Shown: one piece after another, positions 63,075 through 64,000 of the stretch
Layout of the letters: every line of letters starts with the position of its first letter
Numbering within the stretch: position 1 is the stretch's first letter
Assembly: GCA_963693365.1 (NCBI GenBank)
Contig: CAVNZM010000003.1
Span: forward strand, 6,936,812-7,000,811
Direction: 5' to 3'
DNA: 64,000 bases
Origin: Amoebidium appalachense
Taxonomy: Eukaryota > Protista > Ichthyosporea
The notes under the pieces: generated by a model
Database searches by the model: none
What the model saw: only the letters and a program-made list of their open reading frames with translations
Told to the model about the DNA's origin: nothing
Made by a program: the position numbers and the translations under genes

Positions 63075-64000
63075 CAGGGCCGGTCATGGAGCATGGCCAC
63101 ATGTGTGGGTGGCCACGGTGCACACCTAATTTAGCTTTTGAGTGTGGATTTTTCCCTCCCTCCCTCCCTCTTTCCCCTCCCTCCCGCCACCGTCCCTCTC
63201 GTTTTTGTGTATGGGGGTTTTTTTTGGGAAGGGGGGGGTGGAGTAGGGGGGGGGGGAGGGGGGGGGGGGGGGGAGGGGGTATTGCGGGTTAGAGAGGGGG
63301 GGGGGGGGGAGGGGGGGAGAGGGGAGGGGGGCAGAGGGATTTGAGGGGAAGGGGTGGTTGAAACTTAGACTAATTATAAGCTGGAGGGAGAATTCTCTTG
63401 TGCTATGAGGAGAGTACTAGTGTGCTGCTCGTAGGGGTAAATGGGTCCTGATAGTGGCTGCAAAGGGTTGAAGAAGCTGCTGCCAAGTTGGATGTGTTTG
63501 TTTTGCTGGGTATGAATGCTTGAATGGCCTTTAAAAATGTTTGCATGAATGCACACACCGTCCTCGGAGTTAAAATTTTCGTCAAAGACTGAAAGTCACC
63601 GAGTCCATAGCTGTTTCTTTGCACTCATAGTAGCAGGCATGTTTTATGGCATTGAATTGATATAGCCACTCTAGAATGTGCTGCCAACTGAACAAAGTGC
63701 ACCCTAATGGCCACCAGACATAAAAGGCTTTTGGGCACAACGTCGCAATTGCACATGGCATTTAATATTTAAATGATAAATGGACTAAATGCTCTCTACA
63801 CCTATGAACAAGTGACAATAAAAGCAGAGCGCGCAAAACACGAAAGATGCAACTGAGTGTTGTTAGCACATGAGACTTTAGTCACACCTTTGTGTATTGT
63901 TTTGAGAGGTTCGAAACTCATGTGGGCAGTAGCGTGTCAATCCAACCGGAGAAAGATGTCAAATTACCCTGCATTTGTTTAACCTTAGCGGAACCCGAGC

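Overview
Eukaryotic, intron-rich genomic DNA, probably from a unicellular opisthokont or holozoan (inferred from the syntenin-like tandem-PDZ gene and the THAP/P-element). It is saturated with (CA/GT)n, (CT/GA)n and long poly-C/G tracts, which generate most of the spurious ORFs in the track. Manual exon assembly gives five genes. (1) A frameshifted, intron-containing THAP/P-element-type transposase (minus, <1-1817). (2) A syntenin-like tandem-PDZ gene (plus, ~4088-6913). (3) eIF3i (minus, 4 exons, 9135-12974). (4) Serine palmitoyltransferase subunit 2 (SPT2/LCB2, minus, 17449-~28240). (5) WRAP53/TCAB1 (plus, intact 13-exon copy at 49192-63074), head-to-head with SPT2. The centre is a nested, near-identical tandem duplication. 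18265-33192 restarts at 33191, and within that second copy 33318-38578 is repeated again at 38577. Both junctions show 2-bp microhomology. One intact SPT2 (left) and one intact WRAP53 (right) remain, plus truncated convergent copies. The most notable signals are: introns with GT/G-rich 5' parts and CA/C-rich 3' parts, often with no polypyrimidine tract (possible structure-assisted splicing); a ~216-bp structured, poly-C-flanked element in sense orientation in introns of two unrelated genes; and tandem repeats that amplify splice sites. No CRISPR, tRNA or rRNA could be supported. An assembly artefact for the duplication cannot be excluded from sequence alone.
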